Source of the DNA: Paramecium tetraurelia
Lineage: Eukaryota
DNA length: 64,000 nucleotides
Assembly (NCBI GenBank): GCA_000165425.1
Contig: CT868185.1
Coordinates: 434,001 to 498,000, forward strand
Reading direction: 5' to 3'
The position numbers and the translations under genes were made by a program. Positions within the stretch are counted from its first letter, which is position 1, and each line of letters begins with the position of its first letter. This document shows, one piece after another, positions 13,801 to 25,973 of the stretch. The notes below the pieces were generated by a model that was not told where the DNA came from, did no database searches, and worked only from the letters and a program-made list of their open reading frames with translations.

Positions 13801-16800
13801 ATCAGGAGAAAAAGATAATTAATTAATCTTCCCTGTATGACCTTCTAATACTGCTATTTTCTTTTTAGCATTCACATTCCATAAAAATATCTTTTAATCT
13901 TTGCTGCCAGATGCTAGTAATTTCATGTTCTATGAGTAACTGAGGCATCTAACATTGTCATTGTGATCTCCGAGTAAAGTATTTTCTTTTTTATTAAGAT
14001 TAATCAGATATATACTTTTATCACAACCATAACTAATGATATTTTAATCAATTTGTGCTAGGCAATTTATTATCCCTTAAACAAATTTGTGAATTTTTTT
14101 TTCAAAAAAATCAAATCTATATGTCTTAATATCTGAAGAATATCCAGATATAATTTATGAATTATCAGAAGATATTAAAATAAAATAATTATTTTCACCT
14201 TTTTCATTCAATTAATTTATACTTACTATTTCGGCATTTGATAACCAATTCAAATTCATTAATTTGAGTCTCGTTGATTCCTTAACTGATATATAACCAA
14301 ATGAAGGTGTCACTGATACTTCACCTACATCAAATCCGCCCTGGAGAGAGCAGAGAAATTTTAGTTATTTATTTTCATCAATGGAACTTATCACTTAGTT
14401 AAAGTCTTTTTAGTAATGCAATAAATTGCCATTCCTAGAAATTTAGATTGGGAGTATCTTATTATCATTAATAATTGTCAAATCTTTATAATTTTTAATG
14501 TCATAAAATTTAAAGCAATAACCTTATGAATATCCGTCACTAACTTATTGATAATTACAAGCTATTAATTATCCATCAGAAGAAATTGCGGATTATCTAA
14601 ATAATTCATAAAAAACTTCAAATTTTGAAGATATTAGATCAAAGATCCCTGAACCCTCCTTATTTCGGATAAATATTTTATTATTGCAATCAAAAGAATT
14701 TACTTGAAGTATTTTACTTTTTGGAAACATAAATTTAATTTTTTATTGGGTTTTTATTTCTCTAATTACAAAATCAGAATTCGATATGTAACATATATAG
14801 TCATTGTTACTTGTCCAAGAAAATGAATATAAGTTTTTAATTTGTATAGGTTTGAATCTCATATATATTTTAGGGGTCTTAGATATTAAATAGTCTTATT
14901 GTATTTTCACATTATAAAATTAGAACCTAATCGTTTTTGCCGAGTTTGAGAGAATAACTTTCTTCGCAAATAGTAAAACTAAAGATTTCCTCTTTCGAAC
15001 AAATATTCTACTTAACAATATTTGATTTATTTGAAATTATGCAATGTAAACCATCTTAAAAGAACTCTACATGATTAAGTTTATAATCGATACAAGCTAT
15101 TGATTTCTACTATTTACAATCAAAAATTTCGATACCATTATAATCTTTAGTAACAAGGTATCCATTTTTTAATAATTAACCAAATTATTTTGAAGTAGGA
15201 ATTATTCCTTTTAAAGTGCATTTTGAGAGAGGAGTTATTTTTAATTTTCTCTCCATAAGATATATAAGATTTTGATCATTATCAATTAACAATAATTAGC
15301 TGATTACACTTTAAGGTTTATAAGCATTAATCATCTCAATTTTATTCTCAAAATATCTCCAAACCCTTATGTAATTCCCACCAGTCACAAATAAATTACC
15401 ATTCTTAGAGAAGCTAATACTATTATATGCTGAATCTAAAGGAAGTTTATTATTAACAATTTTCTCTCCCGATGTTTAATTCCAAAATATTATGTTTTTA
15501 TCGCTTAAACATACTAAAGATATTCCATCTGGGCAAAATTGAAATACTAGAGAGCTGTAATTTTAATCCTCAATTTCCAAAACTCTTTCTTCATTCTTGC
15601 TTATGTTCCATAAAATTATTTAATCCTAAATAAATCCTTAAATAATAGCCAAGGTATTATTGTCATATGATACTAAAATAGTTCCCCTAGAGGCCTTATA
15701 TTAATCAAGTATCTTTATTCCAGATCCATTAATTTCATCTTAAATTCTTATTTTATCATCATCGGTCTAAATAATTAATAAGGAGCCATCAGGAGAATAG
15801 ATAATTTATTCTATTTCAATGCGCTCATCTATTTCTTTGAATTTCTAACATTCATAAGGAGCTTTGCTAATATTCCAAAAGTATAAGCTGCCATCCCCAA
15901 GTATTGTAGATAGTATTGGCTTGCAAGGAGAAAAAGCCAGAGCAGAAATTTTTTTTTAATTTTCAATTTATTTATCTATCAGTTTTTTTTCTTTAAAATC
16001 ATATAAAGATATTTATTTGGATTAGCTACTTATCATGGCCATTATTTAATAATTAGCTTAGAGTGAAAATTGTGTTATTTAGATATTATTGAAATAATCT
16101 TATTCTTCCGATTGATTGAAATACTAATTTTTATCATCATAAATAATAATTTCATTTTAACATTGTTCAAATATTAAATCCTAATTATAAAATGAATTTT
16201 TTTATCTATTACTAAGAATTACTTCCTGGAAAGTGTTCAAATCCCAATATCTTACTTTTTTTCCTTTTATTATTAATCTCTATTCATTACTAGTAATATC
16301 AATTTAGGTTATTTCTTAATCAAAATATATACTATTAATAATAGCTTAAGTATTAAGATCTAATATTAATAGTGTTTAATCTTAAACAATAACAGCAAAA
16401 TTAGAATTAGGGAATAAGTAAACATGATAGGAATACTATATATTAGCAAGATAGGCAGAATCATCATACTAAAATTCTCCATAGGCTAAATAGTTTTCTG
16501 TTCCAATGACTATTTCTCTTTCATTGGGTAAGGTTAAATATTAGATTTAATATTCTTTAAACGATAAAACTTAGCATTTACATTTATCTTTCAAATCCCA
16601 TAATAATAGTAAATTTGTACATGCAGATACTAATCTATTTCCTGCCTTACTAAAAGCTAAGGCCTGAATCTTTCCGGTATGACCTACCAAAATCCTTTCA
16701 ACCCCAGCTTTTAATTTTGCTAGTTTAATAGTAGAGTCTGCTAAGCCTAAAGCAATCAATTAATCATCTTATGTCAAAGTGTAAACCAAGATTTCCTATT

Positions 16801-19800
16801 GACACTAAAATATAATATCCTTCGGTTTTTCTGTGATAACTTCCAAATTGCAAATTATTAAAATTCCTGAACTATCAACTGAAACTATTTTTTTTCCATC
16901 TAAAGTGAATTTGACTCCTGTGACTGGATGGTCGTGATAATCTATGGTAGATATCAAAGACTTAATTTATGGATTCTAAATATCCCATAATTTTATAGTT
17001 TTATCTTTACTACCAGAAGCTAGAGTTTTGCTATCAGGTGAAAAGGCAATTGATAATATTTAATCTTAATGACCATCTAATTGTTAAATGACTTTATAAC
17101 TTTCCACATCCCAAAGACTTACTAAATTTCCTTTTCCATTTGATGCAATTAATTTACCATTTGAAGAAAATTCGACAACTTTAACTTGTTCATCTTCTTT
17201 TAAAAATGGTTTTTCTTTACATCTTACATCTTTCCATTCAATATCTGTCAAATTAGCATAATTAAAATTACAAGAATTAATATTAATATTAGTAAATTTA
17301 GATTTACTTAGATCTGCGTTACAAAAACTTAAACCTGAGATATTAGTATCAATTAACTAAATTTCTGAAAAATTTTCATATCCTAAATAAACATCCAATT
17401 AAGATAATAAGAAAATACTATTTGAAGCAGCATATATATATTACTTATTTTTAGATAATTTAACAATATTAATAAGAACTCTTTTTATGTTATCTAGACT
17501 ACCTATTTTGTCTTTAATAAAATTTAATACTCCTTTAAAATGATCCTTGGAAATATTTAATTCAGGTTTATTATATAATTATTTCATCCATCTTTCAATA
17601 TATTTTGCATCTTAATTTTTCTCATTCAAAAATTAAGAGCCAGCTTAAAGCAATAAATCTATTATAAATTTAGCCACATAAAATTCTTAAATAGATTTGT
17701 GAGTAAAGGAATAGATACTTCCTTTAGCGTTTAAGAGAATACAACTTCGTATTAATTTATTATAATCAAGTTCCTGTTATGAATCATTAAAATAATCATC
17801 AAGCCAACCATCATCATTTTATTACCAGTTATAATTATTTGTTAATTTCAATTTTCCTTTTTATTAATACGTGATTTAAGATAGTTAATTTTTAGTCATA
17901 TCTATTGCTAAATTAGATGAAAATTCTAATATATCTATTTAAAAACTTTCCCAATTTGAAATTTTACCTGTCTCTCTTAACTTTTGAATTTGTTAATCAT
18001 GATAAAAATGAATAAAACTCTCATAGAACTCAAATATTGTCAACTTTTTCATCTTTAAGGCTTAAACTACATATTCTATATCCTGACTAGAGATACTAAA
18101 AGACTAATTATCAACTAGTAAGTTTTAATTTTCGATTTTAAGAATGCTAGTTATTGAGTAAAATTAAAAAAATTTTAAGCTTTCCAATTAATCTAAAAGT
18201 TCAGCAGGTTTTGTTTAGATTTTTGAAATTTCAAGTTTCTCAAAATATTAGATATTTTAGCTTTTTCCATCAAAAATTGTTTGGATTACTTAATTATTTT
18301 CTTTTTAATCTAAATTAATTTTGTAATTCTCTTATAAATATTTAGAAAAACTAGATTTTTATATAATACTGAGATAGCTCTAAACAAATCTATTTTTTAA
18401 ATCCACCGAACCTTACTATTTCTTTGCCATATTAGGTAAAACTTAGACAATAATTTCAAACATGAAGGGAGTTGATAATAATTCAGAAATACCTACATTT
18501 TCTATGGCCTTTTCAAATTTATAAGCACTCCACAAAGATGACAAATCTTTCCTGAGGCCTGTAATCTATTCCTCTTTTAAATAATTAAATGGAGAATGCT
18601 ATAAAATTTTGTTAATTAATTCTTCCCTCTAGGAATTTTCAAAAATTGATTCTGATTATTCTTTATATGAACTTTAAATCCTGTTTTAAACTTCTACATT
18701 AACATAGTACCATATTTTTAAAAATTCATCTAAATTAAAGTTTTATTATGAAATCTATTTCAAGAAATCATAAACTGCTCTTATTTTTCTCTTAACACTA
18801 AGTTCAGCATATTGAATTAAATAATTACTTTTTTAAACTGCATCGAAATCCTAGATCTATACTTCTTTTAAATTCCTTATGCTATTCCCATAGAACCAAG
18901 TTTAATAACCCAAAGTGTTTAATATTTCTCTTCTGGTTGTGATGATTATCTTGACTTATTTTTAATTTTCATCAATATTCAAATCATTAATTAACTTATT
19001 TGTAATAATGAGATTTTATTAGATACAATCTTATTTCATTTCATCATAACTATCAAGTATTAAAATGATAAATTCTTTTTTATTTTAAATCGCATCTTTA
19101 AATTCTCTAAGTTAATATTTATCAAATTAATAATTATCAGATTCTAATGCTTATTCAAATAAATTATATTTTGGATTTTTTAAAGTTGGAAGTGATACAA
19201 AGATTGGAATCCATTTCGAATTAATTTCTCTTTATTTCCATAGAAATTCTTCAATTTTTCTAGCTGCTTTACTTTTACCAGAACCAGCATTTCCTGAAAG
19301 TAACATAACATCATTTGATTTAGATTCATCCCAAATAAATTCATTGACTTCACCTGTGAAATCATTCCATTATTCACTCATTAAATTGGTTATTGTTACT
19401 CCATCTTTGGATTTAATACTTTGCCCAGTAACAGGATCATATTCAATAGTTTTTAATTATACATATACAGAATCTACTTCTGCTAATCTAGATTATAATA
19501 ATATCTTTTATTTTCTTATTTCTAATAATTCATCATATCGTTTTCCTTTTAATTTACGAATATCATCACCGACTTAATTTAAACTCTCTTATAAATTATC
19601 AATCTAACTTTTTATTTACTTCACATCTTTTGAGATATCCTTTAAAAATATTAAACTTATATCCATTTTCTCCGACATTTCAGTAATATTATCATTATAT
19701 TGTTCAAGTTCTTCATAAGCTAGCTTTAGTTATTATTTAAGTTGCTCTTTAATTTATGAATTTCCTTCAAGTCTTATTTCTTATGAAATGCTTTCTATGC

Positions 19801-22800
19801 TGTTGATTCTTAATTTTATTTCTTATTTTATTTACTCTGATGTAGATTTGATATCCTAAGAAAAAAAAAGTTTTTACATTTCAATTAATTCCTTATTTTT
19901 CAATAGATTTCTGACTCTTTAATCTTTTTCAAAAACCCAAAGGTATTGAATCAGTTTTGATGAAAACTCTACCATTTTGTCTTCTTTAATTCCTTACTAT
20001 AACTTTATTAAATTAAAAGCTAAGCATTCTCTAATTTTATAATCATTGCTTAAAATCAAATACATCAAATATCGACTTTTTTATTTTTACTTATTCGCAT
20101 AGGTTATTGATTATATTTAAGTATAAAGGGTCTAAATTTTGAGGTATTTTATCCGAACTTTATTATCTTAATTCAAAGAAAGCTAAAGTTTCTTATAAAG
20201 TTGATTCAACTTACTCAATTTATTAATCATTTCCTCTTTCAATTTAATGATCTTATTAATCATCCTCTTGTTTACTTTAAATGATACATTTGCAACTCTC
20301 TCTCTCTTCTTAACTTTATCCCTTTAATTTTTCAATAAAATTAATAATTGAAGTTTTAATTTAAAATTTGGATTCTACTTGTTACATTTATGTATTGCAG
20401 TTATTGACATGAACTTAAATTTCTTCATTATCTGGTTATTAAAGTTAATTTATAATTAACATTAATAATTGTTCTAATAATTTCAGTAATTTATTAGTAT
20501 CCTTTATCATTTTCAAATCTTTATCAACACAAAAATGACAGAAATCTAAATGCTTATTCTTTCTGATCCAATTTTAGAAAGTCAATTTTTTGACATCTGC
20601 CAGACTATTATCAAACTCTCCTTAATTATTTTGAATTTCTCTTATAACATTATCATATTTTTCCATTTAATTGTTTAAAGCCTCAAAGTCATAATATTCA
20701 TTCTAATTTTATAAAACGATAAATTGAGCTTCTTGCATGAATTTAATAACTTATGATTTGATCGTTTTGGTTTATTAGCTTATAATATTTTCTTATTCAT
20801 TTTGGATCATCTAATAATCTGTTTTTATTTATTAAAGGAGTTATTTTTTTTTATCTTTAATATTATTACTTCCTTTATCCAGGTCTTTTGATTTCAAAAT
20901 ATATTCTAATTTTTCCTTTTATTATGTTAACTACTTGATTAAAATTAATTTAAAATCTTAATAAAATTTTTATTGTTCTTGAATGGCTAAACGTTTCTCC
21001 TTCTCTAAATTATAATCAAATGTGTTAATTTTATATTAGTGGATTTAGCAAAATTGTTTCATTAGTTTTAATATTTAGAGACTAAAAGTACAATTTCTAT
21101 AAATTTTCTCAATATCCTTTTTATTTGCAACTTTTTTTTGACCCAAATCAAATCTATCCGAAAAATTAGTAACTAGTTATTACCTTAGTGTTTTAATCCA
21201 TTAACCTGAACATATAGTATTTGACATAGCTTATATTTATAAAGGAGGAATTTTAATATTGTAATCATGTGTTTTAATACTTGATGCTGAGAAACAAAAT
21301 TTTTGTTAAAATTCCTTTATATTTATTATGCACTATTATAATATTAATGATATTTCGGAATTTTATTAAGAATTCAGGTGAATTTGAATCTAAAATTTGG
21401 AATTTACGTCATCTAAATCTTACTTTTTTGATATTGGATTTAAAGTAATTTCAGATAGATAACTCAAATACTCTACCACTTTTAGAAAATTTGAAACAAA
21501 ATCTTCCAAGAAGGCTTAAAATTTGACCTTAATAAATTCTTCAATACTCTAAAAAATCTACTTTAGTTTTTCTTAAACGTCAATCTTAAATTTATCAACG
21601 CAAGGTAAAAGCAACTTTAATTTTTCAAAGTCAATATTAGATCTTTCTATGACAAAAATGAGATAATATAAGGCCTATTTATATCCATCTAAAATTTATT
21701 TTCTAAAAACAATATAACCATCTTAGAGTAATTTGATTTAAAGCTATGTATTATCCTATTAAGTAAAATAATCTGTAAATGAATCTTTCATTTATTAGTA
21801 AAGAAGAACTAATTCATCTAACTAAGAATTAAATCTTTCAATTTACTTTTCTATAAATAATACATCATTATTTTGTAAAACTATTTCATAATCCTTTATA
21901 GTAATTTCGTGCTTATTTTTAAAGCTAAAATCTTTATAGAAATTCCAAAGGTTAATTTACTGAGAAAATTAACCTTTTAATAGAGAATCTGATATTAATT
22001 TAAACTTGGGAATACTCTATTTTTCCATTAAGTTGTTTATTTCTTTGCTAAAATATTTTACTTGATTTTGAAATAACACTGCAGACCCTTAATTTCTATT
22101 CTATGGAAGACTAAGAATTAAGTTATTTTCAATTAAATTATTCCACATTGATTATTATTCTATTGGAGAACCTTTAACAATTTCAAATTTATCGAGAATG
22201 GGTCTATATGCTAAAATATCCATTATCATTGATATCCAACTAAAATGAATGATCCAATTATCTGAATTTAGAATATATTATTAAAATGCATCTTTTAGTT
22301 ATTTCAATTAATTATAGACTGAGTACTAAGATTTTAATTGCCTCACGATAGTCCATTTAAGAGTTTGGAATAAATAATAAGTAGCATATACCTCTTCAGG
22401 ATATAATACTTTGTCTTTATATTGTAAAAATAAAAATTTAGCTCCTTCAATAAGACTTGGGATTAAGTCTTCAGTAGGTGACATTGCCAAAGCTGACTAA
22501 GCTACATTTTTAACAATATTTATTAATAAATTTTTTCCTTCTTCTGAATTGGTTTGACAATTCATCAACATTATTTTCATAAGAGTTATTTCATATTCTA
22601 TTCCTGTATTCCATACATTTGCTTATTCAATGCTCAATTACCCTTTAAATTCCTCTACATCTTGTAATAATTCTTATTGCATAGTTAATTCCATTTTTCG
22701 ATCCTCATTCTGTATTTAAAATGAATATATAATTCTCAAAAAATCATTACAAATTTAAAGAACTTAATAACATAAAAACCATGAAGATCTTAAATATATG

Positions 22801-23225
22801 GGAAGAATTTTTAGCAATTCCCTAAAAGAATTCAAAGATTTTGTATATATTGATTAAGTTAAATTTTGGTTAACGCAACAAGTATTTAAATGTTCTCTAT
22901 TATACATAAACCATTAAAATGCAATTATTACTTCATTTCTTTGTTAGGGATCAATTAAAAGTGAAGCTTTATTATTGATAATGCTAACATAATTTTCAAG
23001 TTTAATCAATAAATCATTGGGTACACCAATAATTAACTTTTCTTCAACTTTTGAAGTTGGTTTTGATTATCCACAGCCTCCTCCTCTTAATTGAATTTCA
23101 AATTATTATATAGTTCCCTTAACAAAAGTTGCACAAAATTTTGACTTTTGTGGCTGAGGATTCAACACATCTGAAAAAAGACTGCTATTGTAGCTATCCT
23201 TGCAATTTACCAATTTGATATTCAT
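10816..23225 (-). CDS. Giant NACHT-pentapeptide-WD40 protein, paralogue A2 (~4135 aa after correcting two apparent +1 frameshifts)
   Basis: Begins MNIKLVNCKDSYNSSLF...[15 protein letters not shown] at ATG 23225. Walker A GNAGSGKS at ~19270-19295, pentapeptides ~17230-17400, WD40s ~11050-17200. Ends SIIQLFRQKGARE-TGA (10816-10818). Single extra bases at ~20053 and ~14836 relative to paralogues; 12410-2=12408 nt is a multiple of 3. Confidence 0.85.
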
Positions 23226-23487
23226 GATACTTTTGAAATATTTATTTAAATAATAGAAAGAGTTTCGTTTTTATTTGTATTTGAATATAATATAATAGAT
23301 ATATTTTCCTAGATTTATTGTATAAGTTTATTAATGTTTGTCCTAACATTGGAAAAATAATTTAAATTAATATCTATTTTACAAATGAAATAAATTATAT
23401 ATATAAACAAGACATAAAAATAATTAACCAGATTAAAAACTGTCTTTAAAAACGAATTAATTTAATACTGAATATTTTTTTATATAT

Positions 23488-24875
23488 TCATTAATAAGCT
23501 CCTTTTTAGAGAAACAATTCAATACTAGATTTATTTTCTGATTATATCCTTAATCTTTGATAAAATGGGCTATTGAGCAGTCAATAATGATAACTTGGCA
23601 GACGATTTATAAAAAAATATTTAAAATTTAGTGATATCCTCGTTTAACTTCAACGATTCAAAACACTATTTTAAAAAAAATTTGTTTAATTAACATCAAT
23701 AGAATATAGATTAATAGAACCATCCAAAAGAAGTGCTACAAAATTAATTCTATTTGGACAAAACTAAAGATTTTTAATTTATCGTTTATTTATCATTCAA
23801 GCAAATTTATTCAGACTATTCTACTTTCCATAAAGCAATTGAACTTATGAAATCTACTCAATTTTAACCTTCTATTAATAAAAAATCATTTTTTATGACA
23901 AAGTAATTCAGCTTATACAATTTTCAACTCATTAACAGGCAAAATTGAATAAGATCTTTCTTGTCTTGAAAAAGAAAAATTTAGAAGTTGGTTGAACAGA
24001 TCAAAGACTAAAAAATCTAATTTGATTTCTTTAATTTTTTTGAAACTTATAGAATCAAAAATTGTCTAGTCAAAATAACCACTATCAAATTGCCATCATT
24101 TGAATAGAATATCTAACCTTAATTACTTACCTGTTTAATTATATGCATTTTTCTTATTTGATATTTTTAATATTCATGATTTCAATGATGTTTTGATTGC
24201 TTAAAGCCAAATAATTACCATTTTCTGAGAAGAATGGCTTACTTTAGGAATTACAAACTGATTTAGATAAACTTTCTACAAACTTATCAATATTATTAAA
24301 TACAGCTTTTTTTTTAAAATCATCTTTAACTTAAACTAATAAGTTATTAAGGTGCCATATCAATTATTATTTTATAAACTTAATTTCTTGACAATTTTCT
24401 CTATTTTATTGATTCTTAAAAATTAAAGTTTATTCCTATTTGCAATAATTAATATTTCCGATGCTTAAAATTAAATGATTTCTCCAGTAAAATCTTCAAA
24501 GTTATGAATCATTTAAAGATTTTATAACTCCAAAATTTGCAATGAAGGAGTCAAGCTTGCCAAATATTTACTATCTGGTGAAAAGCAAGTACAATTTTAA
24601 TTTTCTATACCCTATAACTCATTTTTATAAATAGTTGGATACAGTTTTAAGACTTATACTTAATTACTAAGCTTTTGACCCATTTCTTATTTCTCAGAAT
24701 TAAAGGCACAGCTAAGAATTAAAGATTTTATTAGAGTGGTTAAATTATTTGGTAAATAACTATTTAATCAATATCCTGGTTGTTTAAGCTTTTGACAAAA
24801 ATTATTTAGAATAAAACTTACAATACATTCCAACATCCAAGGATTCTACTTGTTAATTGTTTCCTCTAATTAGTA
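23488..24875 (-). pseudogene. Relic 2 of the 3' (WD40) end of paralogue B
   Basis: Aligns to 38731-40088 including the ELFLQKGA tail and TGA at 23488-23490. Contains indels and the 95-bp insert, then jumps to sequence matching ~52708. Confidence 0.85.
24729..24825. mobile_element. 95-bp TA-bounded insert, IES-like, retained in relic 2
   Basis: gatttTA-ttagagtg...cttacaa-TAcattcc. Homologous to 8677-8773 and absent from B. Confidence 0.65.
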
Positions 24876-24929
24876 TAATATATTTATAGTAAAAAATAAT
24901 ATATCTTATTATTATATTATGAATTATAT

Positions 24930-25485
24930 CTTCCTTCTTTTTTTGTTTTGGTTCCTTGCATGAGAACACTTTCTAGGAGAAGAGGCATTCTTAATCGATC
25001 ATCCTTAGGATCTGTCATTTTATTTATTGTTCGAATAATATTGACTTTTGGATACTCATTTCTTTTCTTACAAGAAGACCTCTGATATTTCAGGAATAAA
25101 ATCTATTGAAATAAACGGTAGATTGGGTAATGCCTAGATAATTAATTCAATAAAATACTTTGAGTATTCCTTCCAATCCTTGTTTTACTAATTATTAAGT
25201 TCCAGAATTCAAGTTTATTACATGATTAAGTAATATAACTAATTCATTATAAGCAAGATATAAAATTTCTCCTAATCCAAGTTATTGTTATTTGTAAGTA
25301 ACTCAATCTACCTACTGAAGAATCACTGATATCAGCTGATCCAGAGAGTATGACAGTATAAATTTTTGAAAAAGGGAAGTAGCAGAAATGACTGAGTCAC
25401 TAATCTAGGAATAAAGGACAAGTCTTAAAGTTACAAATTTATCTTGGAATGTGAATTTAGATCAGATAACAATCCTGCTTATAGG
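24930..25485 (-). pseudogene. Relic 2 of the 3' part of the LRR gene
   Basis: Aligns to 52745-53324 (DPKDDRLRMPLLLESV vs DPKDDGLRMPLPLESV). Same 5' truncation point as relic 1. Confidence 0.85.
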
Positions 25486-25973
25486 ATTCAGGAATCAAAA
25501 TACTTTTGGATAGAAAATCATATATCTAAAATAATTAAAAACTAATAGTACAGCTGCCCTCATATTAAGAAAAACAATTATTTTGTATTGTTAAGGTGAA
25601 TCAAAATCTATTGATGAATTTTGGTTTTGATATAATCCTTTTAGACATTAAGAATGAATCTTCGCAATCTTTTGCTAACAGATCTTAAAATTATAGAATC
25701 TGTATAAATCTTGATTTGATTGCCTAGAATGTATCTAAAACAATAAATAATCTAATTAACGGTTAAAACTTAGCAATCATAATATCAAATATTTCGACCC
25801 AATCGAATTCAACATAAGTCTTATTGGAAGTATTCATTATTCTATAGTTTAGCTTTTAGACTAAAATTGATAAATTTTTTATTAGAACTGTCAAAACTGT
25901 TATTATCTGTATTATTATGATGGATATTTATATAGATTATATATTATTTTGTAAATTTTTAATAATATCTATA

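Noticed and set aside
14825..20060. Euplotes-type programmed +1 frameshifting at the A2 frameshifts
   Set aside because: No AAA-stop slippery context, TAA/TAG are sense here, and the sites are not shared between paralogues.
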